Shown here: piece by piece, positions 25,148 to 38,386 of the stretch | Layout: every line of letters begins with the position of its first letter | Position numbering within the stretch: position 1 is the first letter of the stretch | Assembly (NCBI RefSeq): GCF_006345805.1 | Contig: NC_042998.1 | Span: 198,710,001-198,774,000 of the forward strand | DNA length: 64,000 nucleotides | From: Octopus sinensis | Lineage: Eukaryota | Direction of reading: 5' to 3' | The notes under the pieces: model-generated | What the model was told of the DNA's origin: nothing | Seen by the model: only the letters and a program-made list of their open reading frames with translations | Databases searched by the model: none | Made by a program: the position numbers and the translations under genes

Positions 25148-27300
25148 TATATACAACCACTGTTGACGACTAACGGCAGCAGCAACAACCACTACAACAC
25201 AGCACGGGCATTTAATTCCAACAAGGAAATTGACTCCGCACTCCGTGAAAGTTCTATAGAGGGTTAGTGGCAGACAAGAGCCACAACGTCCTAGGACAAA
25301 CCCTCGGCGTCGGGCAAGATCAAGTAGGTGGTCTTTTTCCTCGGTCCCAAGAACTTACAAAGAGAAAACCGATAGTAAGGTCAACCAAATAATAATTGAT
25401 CGATAAGTCGAAGACCAAGAAGTCAGAGTCTACTCTCCCAGTAGTAATCTCCTGTCTTCTTGCATGAGGGTATACAAATGTTGGAAATAGGGACCAAAAT
25501 ATAAAACAAAACCCTAAAAGTAAGAATTGACCCAAATAGAAGAAAAGAAAGAAGCGTTTTCCTTTCCCTTCGAAGAAACCAGAATTCAGAAACTCATCTA
25601 CTCCTGGAACATCATGGTTTCTTCAATGGCAAGAACATCTAACGAGGAACCAATGAATTTCCTGAACATCGTGCATGAAGAGAACTGGTTTGCAAAGATA
25701 CGAGGGGAAAATATAACGAACACCCGAACGACAAACTCTTGGAGGAAGACGATATCAGCTGTTTATTGGCAGATGTACCAGAACCATGTAGAGGATATGA
25801 ACTGCCTCTTTCTGATTCCAGATTTACTCAGAGAAATAGACATTTCTAACACAACAATAATTACATGGGAATGCAAGTATGCTGGAATTGTGGGGAGCTC
25901 TGATTTAACTTAGAAGGCCGTTTCTCATCCACGTTCCATTGGGATTTTCTATTTATTTTCTTGTTTCTTTAACTTATAACCTGTGAAATTATTTCTGTGT
26001 GGTTATTTTCTGTGATGTTAGCACTTATAAAATGTCTTAATGTATCTTATGACATCCCTGCCCCTCCCACCGTTTTATATAACTTTGTTGCACATCCTCT
26101 TATCTCTTTTATAACAAGTCTATTGTATATGTGATTGGGCTCTGGAAGCTCAGTGAAAGAACTTATTAATGTTGATGTTGATATCACAATTTTAAAATAT
26201 AAAATTTCATATTATCTACATTCGGTTCAAGCTTTTGAATTAATCAAGGAGAATGGTCTTTATCTGTGGATATCGTAACACTTTTTTATTACTACTAGAG
26301 GTCAAATGTTTTAAGCCCCGGAGGTTGAGCTACTGCATTCCAGACCCGCCAAGTTTGATAATATGGAGAGAGGTAGACGTTATGTCGGTTGATGGAAAAA
26401 CACATGGATATCGGTCTCAAATTTTGGTACAAGGCCAGCGATTATAGGTAAAGGAAGTGGGTAAATCGATTACATTTACCTCAGTGTTCAACTGGTCCTT
26501 ATTTTATCGACCCCGAAAGGATGAAAGGAATATGAACCCAGAACGTAAAGACGGACGATATGCGTGGTAACGATTCTGCCAGTATGTCGCCCTTTAACAT
26601 GGATATCGACAGATAAAAACTGTGCATATGGAGTTAGGTTAAAAAGTTTCAATATGAAAAGAAAAAAAACCCCAATTCATCCCAGAACTCTAACACAATG
26701 ATGAAAATACATATTGACCGACACGTTTGACATATCGATTCATATAGTGACTGACATATTGACTGATACTTTGATTGACGCAATGACTGACATATTGAGT
26801 AAAAAAAGAGCCCACTTGACTTATCTATAACAGTCACTCACACATTCCAGCCTCGGACCTATCGATATATATTATCTCCCCTTTTTATTCTTTTACTGAT
26901 GCTACTTCTACTTCTGCTCTTTAGTTCTGCCGGGTCATAGTGCTAGTGCATGCATATACAGCTGCATGCGCACATACACGCGAGTACTGTCCAAATCTCC
27001 GACCAGTCACATACAGCTAGCTGGCATTCAATTGGCGTATCAAGTTTCGGGCATTTTGATTGGATTTTGCATAGAAAATTCACAAAAAAGTAACTTCTAT
27101 TGATTTTTTAATGGCTTTGCGGGGTTACTGGGGAAATGTAAAGATGTGCACGACCACTTTTGGACGGTTTTGAATGACCATAGAAAGTGTGAGCCCTCTA
27201 ACTGAAAAAGTATGGATTTGTATAAAGGACACACACACAGACATTTTGTCGTTTATATATATAGAGAGATATAGAGATAAATGACAATAAAGAGATCTAC

Positions 27301-27478
27301 CTATATTGCCTGTGGCGAGTGACTTATTATTATTTTCATTAGTTTTAAGCGTCTCTTCACACCCTGTATTTTCATTGGAATCTTGGTTGCTTTGGCTGCC
27401 ATTCCACGCATATACGTCGCCTTCATTGGTAGAAGTAAATACCGGGCTAGACGTGCAGTTCTCCAGTTTGCTATCAAT
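27301..27478 (-). CDS. Host gene coding exon E (IDSKLENCTSS...TGNI)
   Basis: Acceptor ttgttattacAG and donor ATAG|GTAGAT; 178 bp, phase 0 to 1. Confidence 0.75.
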
Positions 27479-27882
27479 CTGTAATAACAATATATGTTAG
27501 ATTTGTATGGTTACTAAAAACATCGTTACACATTATCTGTATATATAAAGATGAGAATGTGTGTCTGTCTGTGTGTCTGTATGTGTGTCTGTGTGAATCT
27601 CTAAAACTTGAGAACTACACAACCAATTTCATACAAATTTTACAAATACCTTACTTAGGGTCCATGTAGTGTCATAGGTCAAAAAATGTTTAACTTGTTG
27701 CCTAGTGCGAGCCCACAGCAATATCATATCTTCTCCACTATTTCAGTATTGTGTCAAAAGTCAAACAATAACATCTCTCTGTTGTAGCCAGATACTTTCA
27801 CTTTAATAGTTTCATTTTAATAGTGACACTATTAAAGTGAAACTATTATCTCACATATATATATATATACGTACATACATAC

Positions 27883-27935
<53 letters not shown>

Positions 27936-27936
27936 C

Positions 27937-27974
<38 letters not shown>

Positions 27975-28397
27975 TGTGTGTGCGCGCGTGTGTATGTGTG
28001 TGTATTTAGGGATAAACCACTAGGTGGATAACTATACGCTAGAAGAAGATCACATACGATCTAACTACAAAGTTTTTCAAATTATATTAAAATTGGAACG
28101 ATCGTACTGACGAGTTCTGCGAACGAAAGATTACGTAAGTAATTTATTCGGTAACAGACGAAACCAGTATACGATTAATTCTTGATTTTTATATAATTTT
28201 CATCTGTCTTGCTCGCCTATGTTCTGGTGTTCGTTGAATTTTCTCTGGAGAACATTTTTTTATCCACCTATTGGTTTATTCCTAAATTTACACATGTATT
28301 GAATTTTTTTCTGATTTTTCAGATTTTTTATACGTTAAACTACTGGTTTTAAATTGATATTAATTAAATTAATATTCAATTTATCTCCCTCATTATT

Positions 28398-28446
<49 letters not shown>

Positions 28447-28456
<10 letters not shown>

Positions 28457-28857
28457 GAATGGAGTTGAACGACGAATTAACAAAATTCCTTTATTTCCGA
28501 CATATGTTTCGAAGGCTGCATATTCCTAATTGCGAAGGAATAAGGAGTATATTATGCCGCTTTCTCATCAGGAAAAGCAAGGAACTTATGTCAACATCAA
28601 GATGCACAAAAAACTTTTAGATGACTGCTCACACGGAGCCCATAGCGATAATGAGACTCATTACTGCTATGGGCTCCGTGTGAGCAGTCATCTAAAAGTT
28701 TTTTGTGCATCTTGATGTTGACATAAGTTTTCCTGATGAGAAAGCGGCATAATATACTCCTTATTCCTTCGCAATTAGGAACATGCAGCCTTCGAAAGAT
28801 ATGTCGAAAATAAAGGAATTTTGTTAATTCGTCGTTCAACTCCATTCTTTCATATAT
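28447..28857. repeat. Near-perfect palindrome of about 410 bp with a hammerhead ribozyme motif in each arm
   Basis: Arms are reverse complements around position 28656; CTGATGA at 28733-28739, GAAA at 28794-28797, GTC at 28803-28805. Confidence 0.9.
28494..28576 (-). ncRNA. Minimal type I hammerhead ribozyme motif (Penelope type), intact core
   Basis: TTTTC-CTGATGA-G[stem II]C-GAAA-CATATG-TC-GGAAA; palindromic helix III CATATG. Confidence 0.7.
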
Positions 28858-28991
28858 TTATATTTAAAAAAAAACATACAAATTTCAACACGAAAGCACG
28901 TAACTTCAAACCTGTCTTCTCTGATGTGAATTGCTACCCAGGTATCGGTTAACCGAATTATCCATAACAAGATAATTCATTCAACTACTCT

Positions 28992-29072
<81 letters not shown>

Positions 29073-29279
29073 AACTTAGATATGTTTCGACCAATGATTG
29101 GTCCAGGCCATACATATGTATGTATGTATGCATGTATACATCTGCAGAAATGTATATATATATATAGATAGATGTATATAAATAGATGTATATATATATA
29201 TATATGTATATACATGTATGTGTATGTGTAGTGGTATGTGTATAGATGTATTTCTATAGATATAGATGTGTATATATAT

Positions 29280-29337
<58 letters not shown>

Positions 29338-30356
29338 ATATACCCTAACATTCCCAGATAAGTGACTGGTTATTCAAAAACATTTATTGATTTTAAATTT
29401 ATTCTGTCCAGTTACGTATCAGTATAGTGGTCATTTGCAAACTCCAGAGGTGACACATTCATTTCTCCTTAGCCCCCACGTCACACAGTTATTAATGTTT
29501 ATTTAAGTTGGGTCACGCCCTCCCAACTGCTATTGATCCGCAATGCATCTTACGGCTGTGCCTGTCACCTGCATGGTGAGCAATCTTACATTAGGAGTGG
29601 TAATGACTAGGGTACGGTAGCTGACTGCTTATTGTGATCATTCGTCTTTTGGTTTCCTGTAGCTTTGCTCTCTTTTACAAACCCAGTGAACATACATATA
29701 TTTCCTATTTCAAGTAAATTCAAACAATAGATATAAGACCCAAGTTAAAAAGATTCTCAACAATTCAGCTACTCTGGTTGACATTAAGACACCCACCTCC
29801 AATAAGGGCCTTAACTCCCACATTTTAGAGCTCCATGACCTCCATTTTTCAGGACCTCCATTTATAACAGGTTCTGTAAGACTGGAATTTTGGAATCTGC
29901 ACTAACAAATCAGTAGTATGGGACACATGTGTCATGATTACAATTTTTTAAAGATATGTAAAGAGGGAAATAACCCTCATCTGCAATTTTGAATAAATTC
30001 GAATCATAGGTATTCCAGTTCATTACAGAAAATATAACAGAAAAGTCTAATTCTTCAATTGCATGTAACACGGGCAACGCCGGGTATCTCTGCTAGTTAG
30101 AAATACAATTAAGACTCAATGAAATTTTTATAAAACTACCTTTTTTTTCTCTCTCCACAACACTAAACAAAAGAAAGTGGTTGCATGTGCCAAATGCCTG
30201 CTGCTTTCTGACATAAATGATTCACAACAACAAAATCGATACGCTATTGGTCTAATACGAATTCACAACGGTGTTAGCTTAACCTTTTTCATCTTGCAGG
30301 GTTTGACAAATTAATAACCAGTAAAGTGTTGCGGCTATTGTTATTTTTTTAACCCC

Positions 30357-30780
30357 AGGCGCAGGAGTGGCTGTGTGGTAAGTAGCTTGCTAACCAACCA
30401 CATGGTTCCGGGTTCAGTCCCACTGCGTGGCATCTTGGGCAAGTGTCTTCTGCTATAGCCCCGGGCCGACCAATGCCTTGTGAGTGGATTTGGTAGACGG
30501 AAACTGAAAGAAGCCTGTCGTATATATGTATATATATATAAGTGTGTGTATATGTTTGAGTGTCTGTGTTTGTCCCCCTAGCATTGCTTGACAACCGATG
30601 CTGGTGTGTTTACGTCCCCGTCACTTAGCGGTTCGGCAAAAGAGACCGATAGAATAAGTACTGGGCTTACAAAAAGAATAAGTCCCGGGGTCGATTTGCT
30701 CGACTAAAGGCGGTGCTCCAGCATGACCGCAGTCAAATGACTGAAACAAGTAAAAGAGTAAGAGAGCAAAGAGTAAAGAG
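30357..30780 (+). mobile_element. SINE family C (GGCGCAGGAGTGGCTGTGTGG... head, internal TA/GT microsatellite, AAAAGAG-type tail)
   Basis: tRNA-like head with GGTTCAGTCCC; homologous copies at 18619-19045(+), 30962-31388(-), 45010-45450(-), 57500-57975(+) and partial copies at 1-220, 255-375 and 5810-5940. Confidence 0.85.
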
Positions 30781-30961
30781 GTCAGTTTCGATTGAGTAGC
30801 CTCTTTGATCAGAGTACTCTAAACATGGTTATTACGTCTTCTTTTCAAACAGCATCTCTTGGAATACATTATTGAACGTGTATTTATTTATTTATTTATT
30901 TTAGACGGTAAGGTGTGATTTGAGAGAATTTCGGCAGTTATTTCTTCTACGTCGAGCTACT

Positions 30962-31180
30962 ATACTCTTTTACTCTTTTACTTGTTTCAGTCATTTGACT
31001 GCGGCCATGCTGGAGCACCGCCTTTAATCGAGCAACTTGACCCCGGCACTTATTCTTTGTAAGCCCAGTACTTATTCTATCGGTCTCTTTGCCGAACCGC
31101 TAAGTGACAGGGACGTAAACACACCAGCATCGGTTGTCAAGCAATGCTAGGGGGACAAACACAGACACACAAACACACAC

Positions 31181-31228
<48 letters not shown>

Positions 31229-31388
31229 GACGGGCTTCTTTCAGTTTCCGTCTACCAAATCCACTCACAAGGCATTGGTCGGCCCGAGGCTATAGTAGAA
31301 GACACTTGCCCAAGGTACCACGCAGTGGGACTGAACCCAGAACCATGTGGTTGGTAAACAAGCTACTTACCACACAGCCACTCCTGCG
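30962..31388 (-). mobile_element. SINE family C, inverted relative to 30357-30780
   Basis: Reverse complement of the neighbouring copy. Confidence 0.85.
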
Positions 31389-31627
31389 CTATATGTTGAG
31401 GTCACTTTCTTTTCTCCTAAAATATCACTGGTATCTCAATCGATTATACTTTCCACTAATCCAAAAATACACATGTGTATTTTGACAGTGTCTGTATAAA
31501 TTCATTGGCAGTGAAACGTGATCGCATGCCTGCTGGCAAACTCGACAGTTCTATGCTAAATGACATTTCAACCTTCATCAACTTTTTTCTAGAGTATAAT
31601 GTCTCTAAGACTCTAGTATACAACGAG

Positions 31628-31957
31628 TGGAGGCGCAATGGCCCAGTGGTTAGGACAGCAGACTCGTAGTCGTAGGATCGCGGTTTCGATTCCCAGACCG
31701 GGCGTTGTGAGTGTTTATTGAGCGAAAACACCGAAAGCTCCACGAGGCTCCGGCAAGGGATGGTGGTGATCCCTACTGTACTCTTACTTCCTGTTTCTGT
31801 TGTACCTGTATTTCAAAGGGCCGGCCTTGTCACACACTGTGTCACGCTGAATATCCCCGAGAACTACGTTAAGGGTACACGTTAATTTCACGAGCAGGCT
31901 GTTCCGTTGATTCGGATCAACCGGAACCCTCGTCGTCGTAACCGACGGAGTGCTTCC
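31628..31957 (+). mobile_element. SINE family B (GGAGGCGCAATGGCCCAGTGGTTAGG head); related copies at 7925-8245(-), 18050-18345(-), 33037-33410(+), 36830-37048(-), 55580-55805(-) and 57010-57393(-)
   Basis: A-box TGGCCCAGTGG and B-box GGTTTCGATTCC; shared body TTGAGCGAAAACACCTAAAGCTCCACG. Confidence 0.85.
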
Positions 31958-31964
31958 AAGTATA

Positions 31965-32870
31965 CAACGTAGTATCAAAACGTTCCCGGACTAGTTCCGA
32001 GGTGCGCCAGCAAACGCAGCACACGGTTGCTGTGAGAGCAAGCAGCGATCATCTTGAAGCAGTGTGCCGAATGAGATCTCTGTGTCTCCTTCGCAAGTTG
32101 TGAAATTTTTGTTTTTGTGATCACGTGTATGATGAGGTCTGCGATTTTTGTCATGAGCAAGAAGTTGGAACAAATAGCCAACGTGAAATTTTGCTTTAAA
32201 CTTGGTAAGTGTACTACAATGACATTGAGCATGCTTCGGCAAATTACAACGACGAGGCAACGGGTCGTACGCAATGTTTCGAGTGGCATAGGCGCACGAC
32301 AGAGTCGCAGCTCAATCAAAAGCATGAACATGTTCATCATCTTTTCGACATCTGCGGTATTGCGCATCGAGGATTCGTCCCTCCAGAGCCAGACCGTCAA
32401 TCGAGAATTCTACGACGATGTTCTGAACCGTTTGAGGGAGGAGATTCGGCGAAAGCGATCGGATTTGTGAAGCGCAAAGAACTGGATTCTTCACTATGAT
32501 AATGCACCCTGTCACCAAGTTCTCCTCACTCGTGAGTTTCTCGCCAAAAACAACATCGTATCACTTCCGCACCCACCTTATTCGTCAGATTTAGCGCCTG
32601 CAGACTTTCATCTCTTCTCCAAGATGAAAATGCAACGCAAAAGTTGTCTACTTAACACACCTTGTCGCGATCCAGAGCGAATCGGAGAAGATCGTCGACT
32701 CGTTTATGACAAACGACTTCCAGGCCGGATTCCAAAAGTGACAGGAATGCTGGGACCGGTGTATTAGTGCGCAAGGTGACTATTTCGAAGGAAATTACGA
32801 TAAAACTGAGGCAAATAAGTTATTTTTCATTAAGCTTAACTAGTCCCGGAAATTTTTGATACCTCCTTGC
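31965..32870 (+). mobile_element. Internally deleted mariner (Tc1/mariner) transposon
   Basis: Imperfect TIRs (GTATCAAAAcgTTCCCGGACTAGTT) with TA flanks; ANVKFCFKLGK helix-turn-helix; ILHYDNAPCH and HPPYSSDLAPADF motifs. Confidence 0.88.
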
Positions 32871-35094
32871 ATTACAAGTAGAAATATCCACCTTTACCCG
32901 GGTTTATTACATCCTTTTTTACTTGGTGAGTCTGAAAGAAGGAGCAGTGCCCATGATCTCTGCGTGCCTTCCGAAACTGGTAGATTAAATGTCTTTAATG
33001 TTCCGTTTTAAACTGTCGCGGATCAACACCTACAGTGGAGGCACAATGGCCCAGTGGTTAGGGCAGCGAACTCGCGGTTTCGATTCCCAGACCGGGCGTT
33101 GTGTGTGTTTATTGAGCAAAAACACCTAAAGCTCCACGAGGCTTCGGCAAGGGGTGGTGGCGACCCCTGTTGTACTCTTTCGCTCCAACTTTCTCTCACT
33201 CTGTCTTCCTGTTTCTTGTCCCCGACTTCCTACGCAACCGCTGAACCTGGATGTGCATTCATCCATCCGTCGATGCTCTCGGTGTCGGGGGTTGACCTGA
33301 TTTCTCTTCTGCGGGTCTTACGAATAGCAAAGGACCACGTTTGGGACTTCTCCCACTTGCGATCTTGCGAGCTCTGGGACGAAGACCGCTTCGCTCAACA
33401 AACAAAGAATTAATTTCAGTGCAGGACTGCTACTTGTTTTTATCAACCCTAAAATGATGAAAAGCAACATTGATCTCTATGAAATTTAAACACGGAGAAC
33501 AGGAACAATTACCGCAAACCAATCTATTCTACGCCCTAAATACTCAGCTAATCAGCCAACTGACTGTTCTAACAACAACAACAATAATCAAATGCTTTTA
33601 TTTTGTAAGTCAGCGTTCAGTTCTTTCCGCCAACATTGTCAAGCAATACCAGGCAAAAGCTTTGTTCGCAAAAGAAAGCATCTACTAATGATTTCTAAAT
33701 CTACTCGAGATAATAGTCAAATCTTCCACAGAACATATCCTGCAGTCATAAATGAAGGACACATTAGATAAAATTGTATGGAAAACATAATTGCTGGGGA
33801 AAAAATTGAATAATGCTGATTGAAATGCTTTCGATCTGAGTTTAACAAGATCATCGCTGGCATCGGCATAAGCAACAACCACGATAAAGACGGCAGCAGT
33901 AAGTATCTACTATAAGAATACGCTTGTGTTTTTCTCTGTCACAACATATGAACGAGAAAGGAAGGGATGATAGATGCCTAAGGAAGGGGTGATAGCAAAT
34001 TTGGTAGTGGGATGATGGAAATTGTACGGGGAAAAAAATCAAACAGCGTTTCAACTCTGTGTGAGTATGTGTGTGTGTTTGTAAAAGGGAGGTATGTGAA
34101 TGTTTGTATGTGTGAACCATCGTTCGTTCAGTAACAAACGATGATCGATGTCACGTCTCAAAAGACAACCACTAGATAACATTGACAAGTGTATTAATTT
34201 AATTTACCATCCATATTTTATCCCGAATTTATGTGGCCTTCATTCGTACAAGAAAGAAGGAAAACTTTAAAATTCCTTTGAAGGAAACAAGTAGTCACAA
34301 GATGTTAGTTGTGGAGAAATTTTTTCCCCAAAAATTTGACAATAAAAGAATTATTAAACTAAAAACTTGATTCTGTACCTTATTTATATGTAAAATACTT
34401 CAATTAGTCGTCATTTTTGACGGCACGGGTTCAGCTATTATTATAGTAAAGTAGCGATTTATATAACAATTTATACAACAACTAAAGTCTCTTTTTTTTT
34501 ATGTAAGCTTTGAAATATTTTCCCAACATCAAAACAAAACTTAGCCTTTTATATACAGCTTCTTATAATGACAATTTCTGAAGTGGAACATTAAATAAAG
34601 CTTATTAAAACTGTATAATCTGAAGTGGATTTTTCTGTTATTAGTTACTTAAAATAAAGGATTCTCAAGTGGAATATTCCAGTATTTCAAGGTAGATAAC
34701 GGAAACGTAGAGTACAATACTTTCCAGTTCCGTCAGTCATCTGCAAGATCAGATGTATCACGTGTTATGTTGAGCACACTTGGATCTCGTTGACCAGTCT
34801 CCTCGACGCGCTACTGTTTTGCATTATCTCTACATGGTTATTATTATGTTTTTTTCTTACATTTGTGTCCTCCAGCAATTATGCCAAATATATATATATA
34901 TATACTACAAGATCTGTCTCTTCTTCTTCTTTTATCTAGTTTCTATAGTTTTCTTCCCACAAATTTCAAGTCTGCGTTCTTTGATGGTTTTTCTCTAAAT
35001 AGCGGCATATTTCCATACGTACGTGTAAGGTCTTGTTTCGGTTAACAAGATCTTACATGAACAGAAAATATTAAAGTTCTCGAAAACAAATTTA

Positions 35095-35398
35095 CAACTA
35101 CTACTACTACTACTACTACTACTACCATCACCAAAACCACAACCACCACAACCACCACTACTACTACTACCACCAAAACCACCTCCACCACCACCACCAC
35201 CACCACCTCCACCACCACAACCACTACTACTACTGCTACTACTACTACTACTACCACAACCACCTCCACCACCACACCACCACCACCACCACCTCCACCA
35301 CCACAACCACTACTACTACTGCTACTACTACTACTACTACTACCACAACCACCACCACCTCCACCACCACTACTACTACTACCACCACAACTACCACC

Positions 35399-35442
<44 letters not shown>

Positions 35443-35590
35443 CACCACTACTACTACTGCTACTACTACTACTACCACAACCACCACCACAACTACTACG
35501 ACTACTACTGTTGCTGCTGCCGCCACCACCACCACCATCACCGCCACTACTACTACCACTACCACTGCTGCTGTTGCTACTACTTGTAGT
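35095..35590. repeat. (CTA)n/(CCA)n compound microsatellite; a similar tract lies at 62095-62600
   Basis: Direct inspection. Confidence 0.9.
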
Positions 35591-35903
35591 AGGTGATGAC
35601 ACATATACTCCATCACTATCCATACACACCCCCTACACACACAGACACACACACACATATACACACATTAACATGCACTCAGGTAAAAGTGCAGATTGCT
35701 ATTACTGTATATATGTGTAGGCGGTATGCCAGAGGATGTCTCTGTCTCTCTCTCCACCACTCTTTCTCTTTCTTTCGCTATCTGCCTGTATATCTGTCTG
35801 TCTCTTTGTCTTGTGTGTAGGCGTGTATATGTGTATGTATGTATGTATGTATGTTATGTCAGGTCACTTTCGAGTGCTACTGGTAACATGTAACCCAGTA
35901 CAA

Positions 35904-36378
35904 CCTGTTGCATGGTCGGGTCGTTGGCAACTAAACTGGCAACCCCATCAAGCTTGCTTGGTGAGGAGGGTGTTTATTGGACACCCTTCGGGATGAAAAA
36001 CGAAACCCGTCAAAGGGCGGAGGAACTCTTGGGAGTCAACGGCCATCCAATAAATGTCTATAGGCTGTATCATGCGCGGGGACATAGAAATAATCGGACT
36101 GAATACCCGATCGCGCGGTCAAACCATTAGGAGTGAAGGACTCCTAGCCTTTGTTAGGGCATCCTTCTAGGAGAAGGTAACTCAGGTAACTGGGATAACT
36201 CCGACATAAAACCTGCGGCTCAGTGGTTACCGATGATGTTGACTTGTTCTTCTTTTCGGATTATGGCTGCTGTTGCTTAGTGAGTGGGATTGACTCAGTG
36301 CGCAGCCTTTCCTCACTTTAAAAAGATCTTCTTGCACAGGCATTGCACGATAACAACATTGATTAAGCTTCGTGCAAT
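35904..36378. mobile_element. About 480-bp structured interspersed repeat, copy 2
   Basis: Aligns end to end with 1452-1937. Confidence 0.65.
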
Positions 36379-36553
36379 TCTCTATATAAATGATAATAAA
36401 GTGTGAATCAAATAAAATTGAAATCCTGGTTCAGTGACAGATCGATCAAGTTAGTAAAGTCTTTCCCCCCGCACACTTACACCAGCAACAGTGGCGGTCA
36501 TCATGTAAAAAAATAGAACGGCTATGTATCAATTAATGTAAATGTATATACTG

Positions 36554-36805
36554 CATGTATGTATGTATGTATGTATGTATGTATGTATGTATGTATGTAT
36601 GTATGTATGTACGTATGTATGTATGTATGTATGTATGTATGTATGCATGTATGTATGCATTTATGTATGCATGTGTGCATGTGTGCATGTGTGTATGTAT
36701 GTATGTATGTATGTATGCATGTATGTATGCATGTATGTATGCATGTATGCATGCATGTGTGCATGTGTGCATGTGTGTATGTATGTGTGTATGTATGTGT
36801 GTATA
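36554..36805. repeat. (TATG)n/(CATG)n tetranucleotide microsatellite
   Basis: Direct inspection. Confidence 0.9.
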
Positions 36806-37370
36806 AAAAAAATAAATTGTTCCTTCTGGAGCCATGCCAGGCTCATAAGGGCCGGTTTCCCGGTTTCAGTGGCATAGAAATTCCCCACCCCCAGGACGGG
36901 ACGCCGGTCCGTTGCAGGATTTCTCATTTTTGCCAGCTGAGTGGACTGGAGCAACGTGAAATGAAGTGTTTTGCTGAAGAACACAACGCATCGCCCGGTC
37001 CAGGAATCGAAACCGCAACCTTACGATCATGAGTTCAACACCCTAACCACTAAGCCACGCGCCTCCACTATGTATGTATGTATGTATGTATGTATGTTCC
37101 ATTACAAAGTGTAAATCAGAAGATTCGCCAACTGTTTGTTTGATACATTTATTGCAGGATATAATATCAAACTACAAAACGAAGACAATGTTGTTACATA
37201 AATTTACTGAAGGTTCCGATCGTTTTGAATGGCTAGAAGGACTGTTTCATTGCTATACATTGGTTTGCATGCATAATTGATAGATTAATTAATTAATTAA
37301 TTAATTAAATTAATCAATTAACGAATTAGCCTTGGTCATTCTAATTAAACCCTAAATTTATTATGGTAGT

Positions 37371-37586
37371 GTCTGGGGAGAGTCATTTTCTTTTTGTGCC
37401 TTATAATGTAACACACTCACCGGTAAAATTTCCACTCTTTTCCTTATTTTTATTTTCCTAAAATTTTCGTTGCGTCTTGCATTATAAGGCACAAAAAGAA
37501 AATGACTCTCCCCAGACACAACAGAATATGCTTCAACACACGAACTCATATAAAGAATCTTGCAAACCAAATCCAAAAACGAAATT
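37371..37586. repeat. Family F fold-back element
   Basis: 37371-37408 pairs with 37480-37517. Confidence 0.8.
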
Positions 37587-38386
37587 ATTATGGTAGATTT
37601 TTCAGAGTTCCCATCAAACACATATATAAACCGATGGATGTGCGGTTTATAATTCAGAGTTATAAAAGTCAATAACGCACCGTCCAGACAATTCCGTAGA
37701 TGGAGGTTGAAAATAACAAATAGAGAAGATACAGTCAAAATGCAAATATACAGATTATTCATGTATTTTGATTTTGTTTGTCGTTATATCTATGGTTTCA
37801 TTTTTGTCTGTAAACTGCTGGGAATGATATATCAGTGGGTATGTTTTATGAAACTGAGTGGAATAGCAGGAGCATCTAACGAAGAACTTGTTTAAACAGT
37901 CACCTGAGGAAGTGCAATTTACACCTTGGATGTAAATAACGATTGCACATCTCACCAATAAACTACATGAATAAGATCGTGTCGAAAAAGTTGTAGTGAT
38001 TTTAAATAAAGAATGTCGCTAATTCTATTTTCTTTCATTTGTCTATTTATATAAACTCTACAGATACTATGAAATTCCTGATATATGTCCAGTAGCAGGG
38101 GCACTTCCACTGTATGATGACATCAGGTAGCCAATAAGTATGGACAAGCTTTGCACAACATTCTACAAGCTTACCTGAATCTTACTAATATATATATATA
38201 CACACACATTTTTTTCTCTCTTTGTTTTTTTCTGTGTCCCTTTCTGTAGAAGAGCGTAGGCTCGAAACGTAAAAGACTTTTTCTATTCCTGAGCGTTATA
38301 TTAATACGTCTGTTTGTTTTCTACACCACCTGCCTTCGTCTTTTGTTTTTTTTGTAAACTCTCCCTATATATATATATATATATAT

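Larger units (their letters stand above)
27536..30096 (+). mobile_element. Possible 2.56-kb Helitron containing nested elements
   Basis: 5' TCTGTATATATAAAG...TGTGTGTCTG and 3' CACGGGCAACGCCGGGTATCTCTGCTAG|T; that both ends belong to one element is inferred. Confidence 0.5.

Noticed and set aside
29350-30060. Helitron helicase or captured gene fragment
   Set aside because: Manual translation showed no recognisable motifs in the frames examined
31628-31710. tRNA genes at SINE heads
   Set aside because: A and B boxes are present but no complete cloverleaf was seen, and each head runs into a SINE body
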